The notes under the pieces were generated by a model that was given only the letters and a program-made list of their open reading frames with translations, did not search any database and had not been told where the DNA came from. Of a stretch of 64,000 nucleotides of DNA, positions 12,300 to 23,976 are shown piece after piece. Source of the stretch: Psammoneis japonica (lineage: Eukaryota). Position 1 is the first letter of the stretch. Every line of letters begins with the position of its first letter. The stretch spans positions 310,001-374,000 of the forward strand of contig QPGO01000039.1 in the NCBI GenBank assembly GCA_008632985.1, read 5' to 3'. Made by a program: the position numbers and the translations under genes.

Positions 12300-13845
12300 T
12301 TGTCTGACAATCCATTGTTTTAATCATGGACATCCAAAAGAGTTCAAAACAAATTGTCTGCAGAGGAAAAGAAGTTGCCATTTTAACATTGCCAAGGTGT
12401 GCTCCATTTGGGCGTGATGTTGAATGACAAAAACTGCTCAGGTTCAAAAGAATGACAAAGATGTGAAGCACAAGTGACCCCACTTTCATCAACAATTTTG
12501 ACACAAGTGAGTCTCCAACAGTGTTGACATTCTCCATGCACAGAGTTGTGTTAAAAATTGAAATGAGCATCATCTTTTTTTTGCTTGTTTGCCCCACCTT
12601 TTTCAGTGGTGTCCTCAATCTCATCATCAAGAACAAGGTGCATGTCTGATTGTTGTGTTTCTTGCTGAGAGGCACCGCTGCAGCAAAGATGCCAAAGCAC
12701 CCTTTTTTTTCTTTCTTTCTTGTTTTTTTCTGTCACACAATGGGGCTGCTTTTTGACACATTGTTGTTTGGATCATTGCCATGCAGCAGCAATTGGAGAG
12801 TGCTGGAGAGTCATGTGTTGTTCCTTGCCAACAGCCAACCTTCTTTGCTCTGCTTCTGCTTCTTGTCACCTGCGCAACTGGGAAGAAATGGATCTCTTTG
12901 TCAGTTGCCCAGCATTTGAGAACAACAAAGATGCATCTTGACCAGTGCATCACATCATCATCTGACACATTCCAGCTGCTCTGGGTGGGACCTTGCACTG
13001 CTGAACTGTGACATCAACGGCAGTTTTTTGGATTGCGCCATGTGTTGTGCATGCACATTTCTACAACCTGCTGATTGCTGTGGACAGAACAAACAGGTGT
13101 CAGACACCTGTTTCCTGGCATCACTGGTGGCATGCAATTGTCAGCATTGAACGCCACACAACAAGCACAGGGACAAAAGAAATTGACTCTTCTGTCACAT
13201 TTGTCTGTCTGTCACCCATTTGTCTCATGGAATCTACATGAAAGTTCCCACACTTTTCGGTCTGTCCATGCTTCATCTGACAACTGTTTGTTCCTCTGAC
13301 AACCATTTGTTCTGCATGTAGATTGTCACCTGGTTGAGTGCAGGGAAAAGGCAGTCACTTTGCTGCTCTTGTTCTCAACAAAATGCAAGTCCAAAGAAAA
13401 AGTTGCACCCCATTTCAAGCACCTCTGAACACCTTCTGACCTGTTGAACAATGCAGCTCTCATTTTGATCAACAGACATTTGTTTCTACATGACTTTTGT
13501 GGCATCTCCACCCACATCAGCACAGCAGGAGTTAAGTTTGTGTGATCCTTCTTTTGTCCACTGCTTGACAAATCATTGCAACACATGAGACATGCAATTT
13601 TGATGCCATCACAACCTCATCACTTGTGCTGCAAGTGAGCACTTTCTTCACAAGTTAGGAAATGCATGCAATGCAGCCACAAAAAATCTTTGAATGCAGC
13701 GAAAATGCCAGTCAAAGCATGCCCAGCAAAAGATGCACTTCCTTGCCACATTTTGCTGAAATGTGAGTTTCACATCTGCATGAGTGTGGTCTTGCACTCC
13801 GGAGTGAGGTGGGGCACATTCTCCTTTTGTTCTGCCTTGCGTCAA
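12300..13845. mobile_element. Non-coding decayed repeat with relatives elsewhere in the window
   Basis: 12965-13065 aligns by eye with 49960-50055, and 13680-13835 aligns with 18075-18240. Confidence 0.7.
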
Positions 13846-13960
13846 GTACATACAGAGCAATCGAGAACTGTGAAAGAATTATAATGCACGTAACTCCATT
13901 TTCTTAGAGCTTACCGCGTACACTTTTGCATTAAAAAGGAGAGCTGTGTTTGCTTAGCAT

Positions 13961-15386
13961 TCATGACCTGTCATAGAAGGGGACGATGTGTTTGGCCACA
14001 AAGGATCGGACAATTTCGTACTGATCAGCTTCATCAACCATGTCTAGCAAGTCAAGCTCATTGGCAACATCGCGAGAGGAAGAAGGTGCAAAGAGACTCA
14101 AAAACTCTGCCGCCCCCATTGCTTGAGTGCTGTTCGCATTTCCACCACGGTTGTGGGATCCTTTGCCGACATCGGACTCCTTTCCATGCCCCGATACCGA
14201 CGGAGGGGGCTGAGACGACCCATGTTGTTCTTCTTGGTCATTGAAATTGCGGCCACGGTCACCACTGCGATCACCGCCTTCGTTGTCAAGGTCATGTCCG
14301 CGAGCATGTGATGTGCCAATCATTGCAGCTTGAACAGCTTCGAAGGGGAGTCGATCCACGAAAGTTAATGGGAGCGTTTCTGCTTGCGATTTGTCAAAAA
14401 AGATTATCCAGAATATACTTGGCAAGACCAGCCGATCCTTCTTCATCCTCTGGAAGCTTGAGTTTCCACAGAGAAACGGCCATACAATCATCGGCGTCTT
14501 TCGCAAACCAATAGAAAGTCCACGAGTCATTTAAATCGGTCAAGACGGTAACCACAGCGTGACGAGGATTTAAATAAGATGCCGCCACATGTTCACAAAT
14601 CGCCTGGGGGTTGTGGTTTTTACTTTTCATGTTCTTGGGCGTTTTTAATTCAAATAAGGCTTCCACGTTCTGCCGCAGTGTTTCGTTCTCAATATTCCGT
14701 ACTTGAGCAACAACAACGTCAGTAGTTCCACAGATTTTTCTTCGTTTTTCCTTGCCTGGAAGGTCAACAGAAAGGCTTGATCGATCCGGTTGTACGTCTG
14801 CCATCGAGTAATGTGATGGTAAGCGCACATTCGTAAGAAGATGGGCCATGTAAGCTCTCCGATTTCTCTCTGAGTCTTCGTCCCCCGCTAGCCATCGAAA
14901 GGGAGGCAATACAGGGGTATTCGCCGGTTTGACTGGCCAAGAAGCACCTTGTTCCCGGAGATGTAACATGTCAAGAATTTCTATCTTCACCGAATTGGTT
15001 ACCTGTGATAGCACGATGGTGTTTTTCTTGGCCATATAATCTCTTGCCATTTCTTTTAGGGCGGCCGCTGTTTCGCCCGACTGTTGCGGCGACGGTGGCT
15101 GGGCATGAATACGATATCGTGCCTGTTTCTTCCCAAGAACCGTCATGACGCCACCATTACAATGCAAGAGAGATCCGAATGTCGTGCGGAGCGGCTCAAA
15201 GCCCTCGGCGTCCACGGCGTGACAGAAATTCGTGTAGTCGTCCGACAATGCCGCCGTTGTTTGTCGCGCTCCTTCGCCAAACTTCACCAGCACGCTTACG
15301 CCGCTGCTTGTCATACGTACATCCACCACATGAAGTGTCTCCGAAGGTTCTTCTACTGACTGTGAAGTGTTTAATTTGGCTGCCAT
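13961..15386 (-). CDS. Crinkler (CRN)-like protein with PD-(D/E)xK-type nuclease domain; one frameshift at the A6 run 14396-14401
   Basis: GTTDVVV...ALFELKT...PQAICEHVAAS...VVTVLTDLNDSWTFYWF. Removing one base joins ...DNLF to DKSQAETLPLTFVDRLPF of ORF 13961-14530. Confidence 0.7.
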
Positions 15387-15540
15387 GGTTGGAATATGAC
15401 AGATGACAGATAGCTAACGTGAACATCAAACATCCACCACCGTTTTCTTCGGGCGCGCGTTGTTGCGGCTGCTATGCTGCTGCAAGGTCCGTGAACCCTA
15501 CTGTACTGTAACTCTACCATGGTGCTCTAGAGCTGCTAGA

Positions 15541-16529
15541 GTGTCCAGTCTACCGGGTTTTTTCCTCAATTGAGGCAGTGAAATTGTCCTCAATTGAGGC
15601 AGGCGAAACGTGCGGCAGACAGAAAATAACACGCTGTTTTGGCAAATGACACGAGAGACGACGATGTCAATTCTGTTTCGCAAAGCAGTCTCTACAATGA
15701 CAGTGAAGCTGCTTCAACACTCGCAACACCTTGCTTCACATGCTCAATGCGCTCGCCTGTGCCAAATTTGAATTTTGAGATCCACAAATTAGCCATGAAT
15801 GTGGGGTGCGAAAATGGCCCATCACATTCACAAAAACTCTTTTGACACACTTTCAACCACAGTGTTGTCTCATGTTCAATGCACATTAACGTACAATGTG
15901 CTTGGCATTGTTGACTGTTGTGTTTTGGTGACATAAATCGGCGCCAAGATTGTTGACGTCGGTCGTTTGTTGCGACTGCAATTCTGATGCTGCGATCGCA
16001 AAAAATGTTTCTTGAAAGCTCAGCACACAACAGCAAGCTTCTCTTGTCAATGGAGAAGACGTCCTGCTGTGCATGCAGTGCATGTTCACCATCGTTGCAG
16101 ACCCGAATTCTTGAAGGGCCGTTTTTTGTGTTTTGCGCTTGACCCCTCCTTTTTTCGACTGTCGCTTCGATTTCGAGACTCGGGCCACCATGACAAGGTC
16201 GTCCTTGTTGTGTTTCACAATTTTGTTTGCAGGTGCATTGTTGAGAGAGCACCAGAGTTTGTAAAACGGCGGTCGCATCATCGTCAAAGTCCCAAAAATT
16301 GCGTTTTTTCGGCGTGCGCGTGTTTCCATGCCCAAAAGGTGAAGAAGAATTTGTGTGGTCGAGTGCGAACAAAGAGCCGAATTGTTGCCCCAAGAGGTTC
16401 CAGAGCATGAAGAACAACACTGCAACGTCACTCAAGGGTTACGAACGATTTAGCAATTTAGCGAGTGGGGTTGAAAAACTGCCTCAATTGAGGTTTTTAC
16501 CTCAATTGAGGCACTTGGTAGAGCGACAC
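15541..16529. mobile_element. About 1 kb non-autonomous TIR element
   Basis: Ends GTGTCcagTCTACC and GGTAGAgcGACAC. Each end carries two CCTCAATTGAGG palindromes. TAGA flanks both sides (15537-15540 and 16530-16533). Confidence 0.75.
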
Positions 16530-16559
16530 TAGAGAGTGGGTTTGGGAAGGAAAAAGGAT

Positions 16560-17968
16560 TTTCGTGCAGATGAATGAATGCCACCACATGCATGCGGAAC
16601 ATGAATGCGGTGCCACTCATCCACTCTAGAGTTGGTGCTTGCAGTGCAGTGTTGATTCCTTGATGAATTGCTCAGCACATTTAGTCCCTTCGCACTTCAT
16701 GTCGCTGGCACTCATTTTGCATTTCCCAGTTGCGCCATCGCTGCACAACGAATCATTGTGAACAACCAAGAGTGGGAGGCTTCGTCTGGCTGGCATCATC
16801 ACAAATGCAGACAGCTGCAGCAGAAGGGCTTGTGACAAACCTGCGACACCCGTCTAAAGTCGACCATGAAGCAACGCTCCTTCAGTGACAGTGTTCCAAA
16901 CATCCATGCAGACCATGTGGTGGAGAGTGTGTTGGCTCCCAATGACACTGATGCCACTGTTGCAACACACATTGTCTCCAATTTTCTTGTGGCAGATCTC
17001 ATCAGCAAATTGCCTCTCCAGTCACATGCTTGCAGCAATGGACATGATCAGGATCATTTTCAACTCTCAAGACAAATGCCACAGGCAAATGGAAATTTTT
17101 GCCCAACAGATGATGTCCATGAAGGGTGCAAGCATGTGGATCACATCACAAATTTTGAAACAATGGCAGCAAGTCAACAACCAAGATTTGGCCTTCTCTG
17201 CCGGCGAGTGTGCATTTCCTTGAATGGTGCTTTGTGATGTTGTCTGACACAATTTGGTGAGTTGATGTCTCTTGTGTCCATGCACTCCACAGTCACCCAC
17301 AAATGATTCCAACACAATCTCTGCTGGCCTCCTGTTCTTTGCTGCAACCATTCTTGGCTCACACTCTGTTTTGGTTGTTTTCTGCCTCAGATCATTGACA
17401 ATCACAATGTGGTCACCTTGGTCCAAGTGCTGGCCCTGGGCAGTGCCGGTTGACAAACCGGGTCCACACACCAGAGTCATGAAGAATTCTCACAATGTGC
17501 TGCTGATGGGCATTGCAACTGCAAATGCACTGGCAACATCTTGCCCATCCATGGCATCCATTGTGGATGACAACTGTCAAGTCAGCCTTCGAGCATTTTT
17601 GTGGTGCTTGCTTGGGTGGATGTCGGACTTGTGCAGCGTGTTTTGCTGGTTTTGTGCTCTTGTGCCTGAGCATTTTGTTGTGGTGCTGTGTTTGCTGGTC
17701 ATGTGCTTGCAAATCTTTGGGCCTCTGTGACCTCTGTCACTGGTGCTCCTCACACCTGACTTGAGTGCCAAGAGCTTGTCATTGGGGCACTGCAAGCTCT
17801 GGCACTTGCAGCGCCACACCTTGGGCAATTGCCAGTCACTTTTAAAGACCTCAACATGGGCACTGAGCCTCATTGGCTTGCTCAACTTCCTCAGTTGTGT
17901 GTCGGCAGGAGTGCTTCCACCCCTGACTTTGGACTCAAATCTTCATGGAATCTGGTCACCAACAGAAC

Positions 17969-18005
<37 letters not shown>

Positions 18006-18400
18006 CTGGCGGCCAAACAAAGTGATTGGCTCTGACAAAAGCGGCAGCTGCAAAACACATGCAATGTGGAAATGACAAATTTTTGAATGTGATGAAAATT
18101 CTGATCAAAGAACACCTGGCAAAAGATGCAGTCAGCACTGGCCACACTTTGCCAACATGTGAGTTTTACATCTGCGTGAGTGCTGCAGTCTCACACACTT
18201 AGAGGAGTGAGGTGGGGCACCACATTCTTCTTTCGTCCCACCATGCTCCCGATGACACCATTTGTGCTCCTGCTGTTACAACACATGTTGTTTCCAAATT
18301 CCTTGGTAGATCTCATTGGCAAATTGCCTCTCTGGTCACATGCTTGTGACAATGGATTTAGTCAGGATCATCTACAACAACTGCACTCTTTCAAGATAAA
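16560..18400. mobile_element. Unclassified decayed repeat block with an internal dispersed duplication
   Basis: TpA-depleted. 16930-17065 aligns with 18240-18380. (CT)n at about 17969-18007. Confidence 0.6.
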
Positions 18401-18406
18401 TTGGGG

Positions 18407-18604
18407 GAAGTCTCCAGCCAGCTGCTGGCTGAAAAAAGTCTGCTCATCAGTGCGTTTGGGGGTTTTGCCAGTGCAATTTTTATGTGCACAAAAGACGTCG
18501 AGTCTGTCCAGCGCTCGCCAAAACCCCCCAACGCACAGATTGACAGATTTTTTTGGTGCAAATTCTACATGAGATTCTTCAGCCAGCAGCTGGCTGGAGA
18601 CTTC
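18407..18604. mobile_element. MITE/foldback element of about 200 bp
   Basis: Perfect 27-bp inverted repeat GAAGTCTCCAGCCAGCTGCTGGCTGAA (18407-18433 and 18578-18604), plus a nested imperfect inverted repeat at about 18452-18474 and 18511-18534. Confidence 0.75.
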
Positions 18605-18773
18605 GGACATTTCTGCACATTCGATTCTTTCGATTACTTTGGCCCCAACATTATTTTTTTTGTTTCGCCTTTTGGATTTCGCTTTGCTTGCGCCGTTGCT
18701 TTTCACCGACAAACCTTTCCTTTCTCTGGCAACTAGAGACCGGCCCCAACAGCAAGGGATATTGACATTGAAG

Positions 18774-21119
18774 ATGGCGATTCGAATGCGTTGTCGAAAA
18801 GTCGAAGCCATTGTAGCGTTCTTGGCACTCGCATGGTCGATTACCTTTATGGTTTTGATTTTCAAGTCCATGGACGCAGAGGTTGGCAACAATCCCCATG
18901 TTGTTTACCACAAAATCATACGCAAAAAGCATTCGCAGGAAAATTTTACTGTTTCTGCAGAAACAAAGAATGATTTGCCGCTTTACGAATCACTCGACAA
19001 AGAAAAACTCAAGCATCCATCGGATAGCGTCGTTCTTTCGTCTTTTGCTGAAAGAGAAATCACGCCGCTTTCTGAAACAATCCACAAACTCAAACAGGTG
19101 TCTGCCAAGTTTTACATTTACACGGACTACATGATTACTCAAGAGCTTGTGCTGGAGGTGCTTCGACTTCAGGGACAAATGCAACCGTTTGAACGCGCCG
19201 GTGACATTCTCAAGTATTCAAGAGCCGATCGGATCGTATTACGAGCACTCGAAAAGCATCCACTGAGAACGGAAAATCCCGAGGAAGCATCCTATTTCAT
19301 AATTCCAACTCCAGTTTCGGAACTCTTGCTATATGGTTGCAGAACACAGTGCAAACGATACGATCAGGCCTTTGCGGCTCTGAAGCGACAGAAGACCTTT
19401 CAAAAGACGCGAGGACACAACCACATCATTGTCTCAACGGGTTTGTTTTCCTTTAACAAGTATTTCTCGTTTCTCGTGGAAGGACTGTATCGGAATTACA
19501 TGCTGCTTGAAAATGTAACGGTTGCTACCCATTACGACCCCTTTGCGGCGATTGATCTTGCCAAGAAGACAAGGAGCATGGGTGCTGCCTATGACTTTAA
19601 CGTGCTCTTTCCATTTGATGGGCCCGTCAGCAAGGCGTTTTCCATTGGAATGGGACAAGACGCTCCGTTAGCGTTGCAGACGCCATCCTATGAGCGGTTC
19701 CATCACTCCAAGTACTTTATCTGTTATCACGGCCGTGATACGGAAGAGCATCGTTATCTGTACAGCTCCAACGTGTACCGAGAAGCTGCATGGGAATTGA
19801 GGCTGCGAGAGAACAACTTGCCACTTTCCAGTATTGAACATGAATTGGATGAAAAGACGTGGACGAAACGATTGGGCAAGTCCAAGTTCTGTCTTGTCGT
19901 TCGGGGTGATCGACCGCACTCGGAGGAGCTTCTATACGCTGTTCGAGCCGGGTGTATTCCTGTGGTTGTGAGTGACTATTTCCAAGAATATGCCAGTCCC
20001 TTCAAATCAAGCGTAGATATGGAAGACTTTTGCATTTTTATAAAGGAGCTCGATTTTCGAAACGACGCCAAGAAGGAAATTTTTGCCCTGCAGGATCTTT
20101 CAGAGGAAACAATCAAGGAGAAGATCCGAAACTTGGCCATGGTTCAGAAAATCATCTTTCCGGATCACCCCGATTCCCTCTTTGTGGAAGCCTTCTTGAC
20201 AGAGGCAATACAAACAAACGACCGATTCGCTCCGGGTGTGCAGACCAGAAAGGCAGTAGAGATGGGAGAATCAAAGACGACGATATCCGGGGAAGAATTG
20301 ACCTATCGTTATCCAATGTCATTGACATATCCGCGACGGTCCGACAGCATCAATGGCGCGGACGTGATTGTGGGATTGTTATCAGCTGCAGGATCACTTG
20401 CGACAAGGACAGCCATTCGCAGTTCTTGGGCAGAAAAGTATCGCGACCGTGTGTTTTTCCTTGTAAGTGGAAGTTGGAGTGACATTGAAGAGGAGTTTTA
20501 TGAACAAGGGGATCTCTTTTGGGTTGACATGCCGGACCACTACTTCTTGTTGACATACAAGGTCCAAGTGTTTTTCCATGCTGTCGAGGCTCATGCCGAC
20601 TCGTACGACTATGTTTTCAAAACGGATGACGATAGCTTCGTCGGCCTTCCGGAGGTTTCACGGATTTTGGGCGAGGCGAAGCCTCATTTCTGGGGGCACT
20701 GCGTTTTCACGGAAGAAGCTAGAATTGCAAACAGGGACCCAACGTACACTTGGTACACACCAGAATCTCTGTTTCCGGATAAGTATTATCCCGTATATGC
20801 ACAAGGGGCCGGGTATGGGTTGTCAAGGGAGTTTGTGAAATGTTTGACACCAAAGCTTGCCGAGAACAAGTTCATGCCGTGGGAAGATGCGGCTACTGGG
20901 TTGCTAGCACAACAATGCAGTCCTGATCTGAATGTACAATGTCAGGATACAGAGTATGACCAACACAACAACAACAGAGGCAGGAAGTGTGTGGAGCACA
21001 AGATAAACGCGGAAGAAATTTTCTGGTGGTACAAACGAGAAACTGCAAGACAGTGGATCTGGGAAGCGACGCAGGGAAACTCAACCAAGATTTCTGACCT
21101 CCGAAAGGGCGTGCAATAA
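18774..21119 (+). CDS. Type II membrane glycosyltransferase: exostosin (GT47) fused to a galactosyltransferase (GT31) domain
   Basis: First ATG 18774 followed by a TM helix. GT47 motifs HPLRTENPEEASYFIIP and SKFCLVVRGD...AGCIPVVVSD; GT31 motifs RTAIRSSWA, YVFKTDDDSFV, YPVYAQGAGY and WEDAATG. Confidence 0.9.
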   Translation: MAIRMRCRKVEAIVAFLALAWSITFMVLIFKSMDAEVGNNPHVVYHKIIRKKHSQENFTVSAETKNDLPLYESLDKEKLKHPSDSVVLSSFAEREITPLSETIHKLKQVSAKFYIYTDYMITQELVLEVLRLQGQMQPFERAGDILKYSRADRIVLRALEKHPLRTENPEEASYFIIPTPVSELLLYGCRTQCKRYDQAFAALKRQKTFQKTRGHNHIIVSTGLFSFNKYFSFLVEGLYRNYMLLENVTVATHYDPFAAIDLAKKTRSMGAAYDFNVLFPFDGPVSKAFSIGMGQDAPLALQTPSYERFHHSKYFICYHGRDTEEHRYLYSSNVYREAAWELRLRENNLPLSSIEHELDEKTWTKRLGKSKFCLVVRGDRPHSEELLYAVRAGCIPVVVSDYFQEYASPFKSSVDMEDFCIFIKELDFRNDAKKEIFALQDLSEETIKEKIRNLAMVQKIIFPDHPDSLFVEAFLTEAIQTNDRFAPGVQTRKAVEMGESKTTISGEELTYRYPMSLTYPRRSDSINGADVIVGLLSAAGSLATRTAIRSSWAEKYRDRVFFLVSGSWSDIEEEFYEQGDLFWVDMPDHYFLLTYKVQVFFHAVEAHADSYDYVFKTDDDSFVGLPEVSRILGEAKPHFWGHCVFTEEARIANRDPTYTWYTPESLFPDKYYPVYAQGAGYGLSREFVKCLTPKLAENKFMPWEDAATGLLAQQCSPDLNVQCQDTEYDQHNNNRGRKCVEHKINAEEIFWWYKRETARQWIWEATQGNSTKISDLRKGVQ

Positions 21120-21454
21120 TCTTCGGGTGCCTTGTTTGCCGATGTCTCTAGAGAGAAAGTAGCACGTATGCAAGCTTCATTAAAAAAAGACTCTAGATCC
21201 AAGACTGTTGTAAGTCTGCATCACAGTCTCTCACGTGATGTAAAGCTGGCGACCTGGACAAATTGAGAGTACCTCACCCGATTCGATTCCCGCGAGTTTC
21301 TTCTACTATGCACAAAGTGCGACGCGACGAACTGCTATGTTACCTACTTACAACAACAACGGCTTTCCCTAGAGATAATAGTTGATAATCTTTCCATGAT
21401 ACGAGTTCGTACACTCTTCTATCAAGAATTCTTTACCATCGATCAAATAATAAA

Positions 21455-22624
21455 TCATTTGCCAGCTGTCTTGACAATAGATTCCCAGACCTTTGTCGGG
21501 ATTGGCATTTCTCCCTTTGCTAGGCGTTCGGCGGCAACTCTGGTGGACCGTTCTCCGGGAATCCGAATAGTGTCACCACTTTTCTTCACAGTCTGCAGTA
21601 CTGATTCAACCTTGTCTTCAAAATCGTCCACGAGAGCATTCGGGTCCACGGCGATAAAGGCATGCCCCCAATTCTTCGCCTCCTTCTTGGAGGGAACTTG
21701 GCCCAACACCGCGCCACCGCTCAAAACGCCAGCAAGCAATTCGACACAGAGAGACAACCCAGCCCCCTTGTGACCACCGAAGGTGGCAATCGCACCGTCT
21801 TCCAATGCAACTGAAGCGTCCGTTGTGAACTTTCCATCCTTGTCATAGGCCACGGAATCTGGCAGGGGCTCACCTTTGGCTTTTGCTGTCAAGACACCAA
21901 ACAGTGCAATCGCGGATGTGGCCATGTCAAAGGTAAAGGGAGGCTTGTTTACTCCTTGCGGGACTGACACGGCCAAGGGGTTGGTTCCAAACACCGGCTT
22001 GCCCCCAGCAGCCGCAGCTACAAACTCCGGCGAGTTGCACATGGCAATACCAATCACATTGTTATTCTTTGCCATGCGTTCTACATAATACCCAAGTTGA
22101 CCACTCGAGGTACACGTGTTGTACGTGCAAACAATTGAAATGGGACCCGAATGTTTTGCCTTGGCCACTGCTAAATCAGAAGCCATGCTGGCCGCCACCA
22201 TACCTGGACTTTGGTTGCCATTGATTACGGCGGAAGTGGCTGTTTCACGTTCGACTTGAGGCTTTGCGACGTTTGGTGCTGGGGCCATGAGTTCAGGTTG
22301 GTACATTTTGACAAGACCCTGGTTGTTTCCGCAAAGCTCAGCATGAGTCATGATTTCGGCTTGAACATTAGCATCCTCCTCATCCCAACCGATAGCCTTT
22401 AAGGCCGCGGCTGTTGTTGACTGAGCCTCATCGATAGGAACCTTAACCACGTCATCCTCACTTTTGCCACTGGCAAACGAACGATAAGAAATACTTGTCG
22501 GAGACGACTGAAAAGAACTTGTGGATCGTAGCGATGGAGCCGTTGATGAGAAATAGGACCTAGTCAGAAGCGTTCGACTCGTGGTCCTCGTGATCTGTCT
22601 TGCTATACCGGTAATACCAAACAT
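21455..22624 (-). CDS. Type 2 malate/L-lactate dehydrogenase family (Ldh_2) oxidoreductase with mitochondrial-type presequence
   Basis: GTNPLAVSVP, FDMATSAIA and FGGHKGAGLSLCVELLAG motifs; R/S/T-rich N-terminus from ATG 22624. Confidence 0.9.
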   Translation of the reverse strand: MFGITGIARQITRTTSRTLLTRSYFSSTAPSLRSTSSFQSSPTSISYRSFASGKSEDDVVKVPIDEAQSTTAAALKAIGWDEEDANVQAEIMTHAELCGNNQGLVKMYQPELMAPAPNVAKPQVERETATSAVINGNQSPGMVAASMASDLAVAKAKHSGPISIVCTYNTCTSSGQLGYYVERMAKNNNVIGIAMCNSPEFVAAAAGGKPVFGTNPLAVSVPQGVNKPPFTFDMATSAIALFGVLTAKAKGEPLPDSVAYDKDGKFTTDASVALEDGAIATFGGHKGAGLSLCVELLAGVLSGGAVLGQVPSKKEAKNWGHAFIAVDPNALVDDFEDKVESVLQTVKKSGDTIRIPGERSTRVAAERLAKGEMPIPTKVWESIVKTAGK

Positions 22625-23706
22625 GTTGTCGACACTACCTTTTATCAAGCCTTCACTTGTACTTTCGTTGCACGGAAGTTAGCGGAGATGAACCGAAGAG
22701 GTGGGCACAATGACGGCAGCGAATGAACGAGATTAGGCGAAAGAACGCAACATGCAACATGGTGGAGTGAAGATCCTTTTCTTCAAGATTTGGAATTTTC
22801 GAATTATAACGGAACCTTCGTGAACGAATAAACATTAATATATAATGTATGACGTCATCAAAAATACCTATTGCGAAAAGGCGTTTGAGTACTTCTCATT
22901 TTGAGCAACCCGCGCCGCCCGTCCGCCGCCCGCCTACAGGTTGCTGGTTGCGGCGAGTTTACCGTAACCGGTGTTAGACCTCTCTTAGTAGCTAGAGTTG
23001 GAATAGCCCAACGCAACCGAAGACCTAGCCCTATCGCCTTATTTCTATCTCGACACTCAAACAATAGTCTACTGTACCAGGTAAGAAGTCATCTATACTT
23101 TGTTGATTAATAATTTTGCTGATCACATTCAATCTCTAAACAGAGATCAGAAAAAATGGTGGATGCAATCTTGAGTGCGGTTTCTTCGGTACTTATTGCC
23201 ACAGGCTCAGAGACTGTGTTATTGCTGTTTTGTTTTTCATGGCAAGTAGAAGCATTTTGTATTCGAAAGGACATAATATTATGCTCTGAGTTAGGACGAC
23301 TACGTAGCTGCTTCTAGTAGAGTAAGTTGGCGAAATTAACAGACACAGAGAAGAGGAAACGCTAACTGTTACAACAAGAACTGCAACTACCAAAGCAGAA
23401 CAGATTCCTGTTTGTATGAAGCACCATCGTCACATATCGTTCCAGAACAAGGTAGAAATAAAGAGGCTAATGATAGTTCGATTGCCTTTGAATAATTCTA
23501 ATTTCGCCTCTGTTCCCGTTTTGAAATGTGACGAGTGGCTTCTGCTTCTCCTTATCTCCCTGCCCTGTATCGATCAGGATAAAGGCGTCAGTTTCTATGA
23601 AAAAAATGCGTTTTGCGTTCTGTTTTCATTGGAATAAACTCACCACAACACGTATATAAACACCCAAATCACCTTCAGAATACAGCCCCCACACTCCTTC
23701 TGTACA

Positions 23707-23976
23707 CTATGACGATGACTTTTTCGACGCTGCCAGTTTCGCATTAATCAGGTCCTGCAGGTCCTGCTTGCTCATGTCACCTTTTTGTACACGCTTGGCA
23801 TCGGCTTCTCGTTGTTCTTTATCGGCCAGGGCCTTGGCAACAATCGCAGCGGCTTCGTCCTTGTCGGATTGAAGCGAGTTCACTTGTGACGCACGTTGTG
23901 CCGGAGCGTTCTTGTCTTCTTTATCCGACGTTTTCGGAACATCTAAGGATGCATAGGAATCTTCACGAGTACTCAT
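23707..23976 (-). CDS. Small charged hypothetical protein (89 aa)
   Basis: ATG 23976, MSTREDSY...; coding-like helical composition. Confidence 0.55.
   Translation of the reverse strand: MSTREDSYASLDVPKTSDKEDKNAPAQRASQVNSLQSDKDEAAAIVAKALADKEQREADAKRVQKGDMSKQDLQDLINAKLAASKKSSS

Noticed and set aside
7620..12300. A complete LTR retrotransposon
   Set aside because: No pol domains, paired LTRs or primer-binding site could be identified; only divergent gag remnants are present.
6540..13845. Classical RIP or CpG deamination alone as the cause of the composition
   Set aside because: C->T changes cannot remove TpA or convert Tyr to Cys/His, and RIP would increase TpA.
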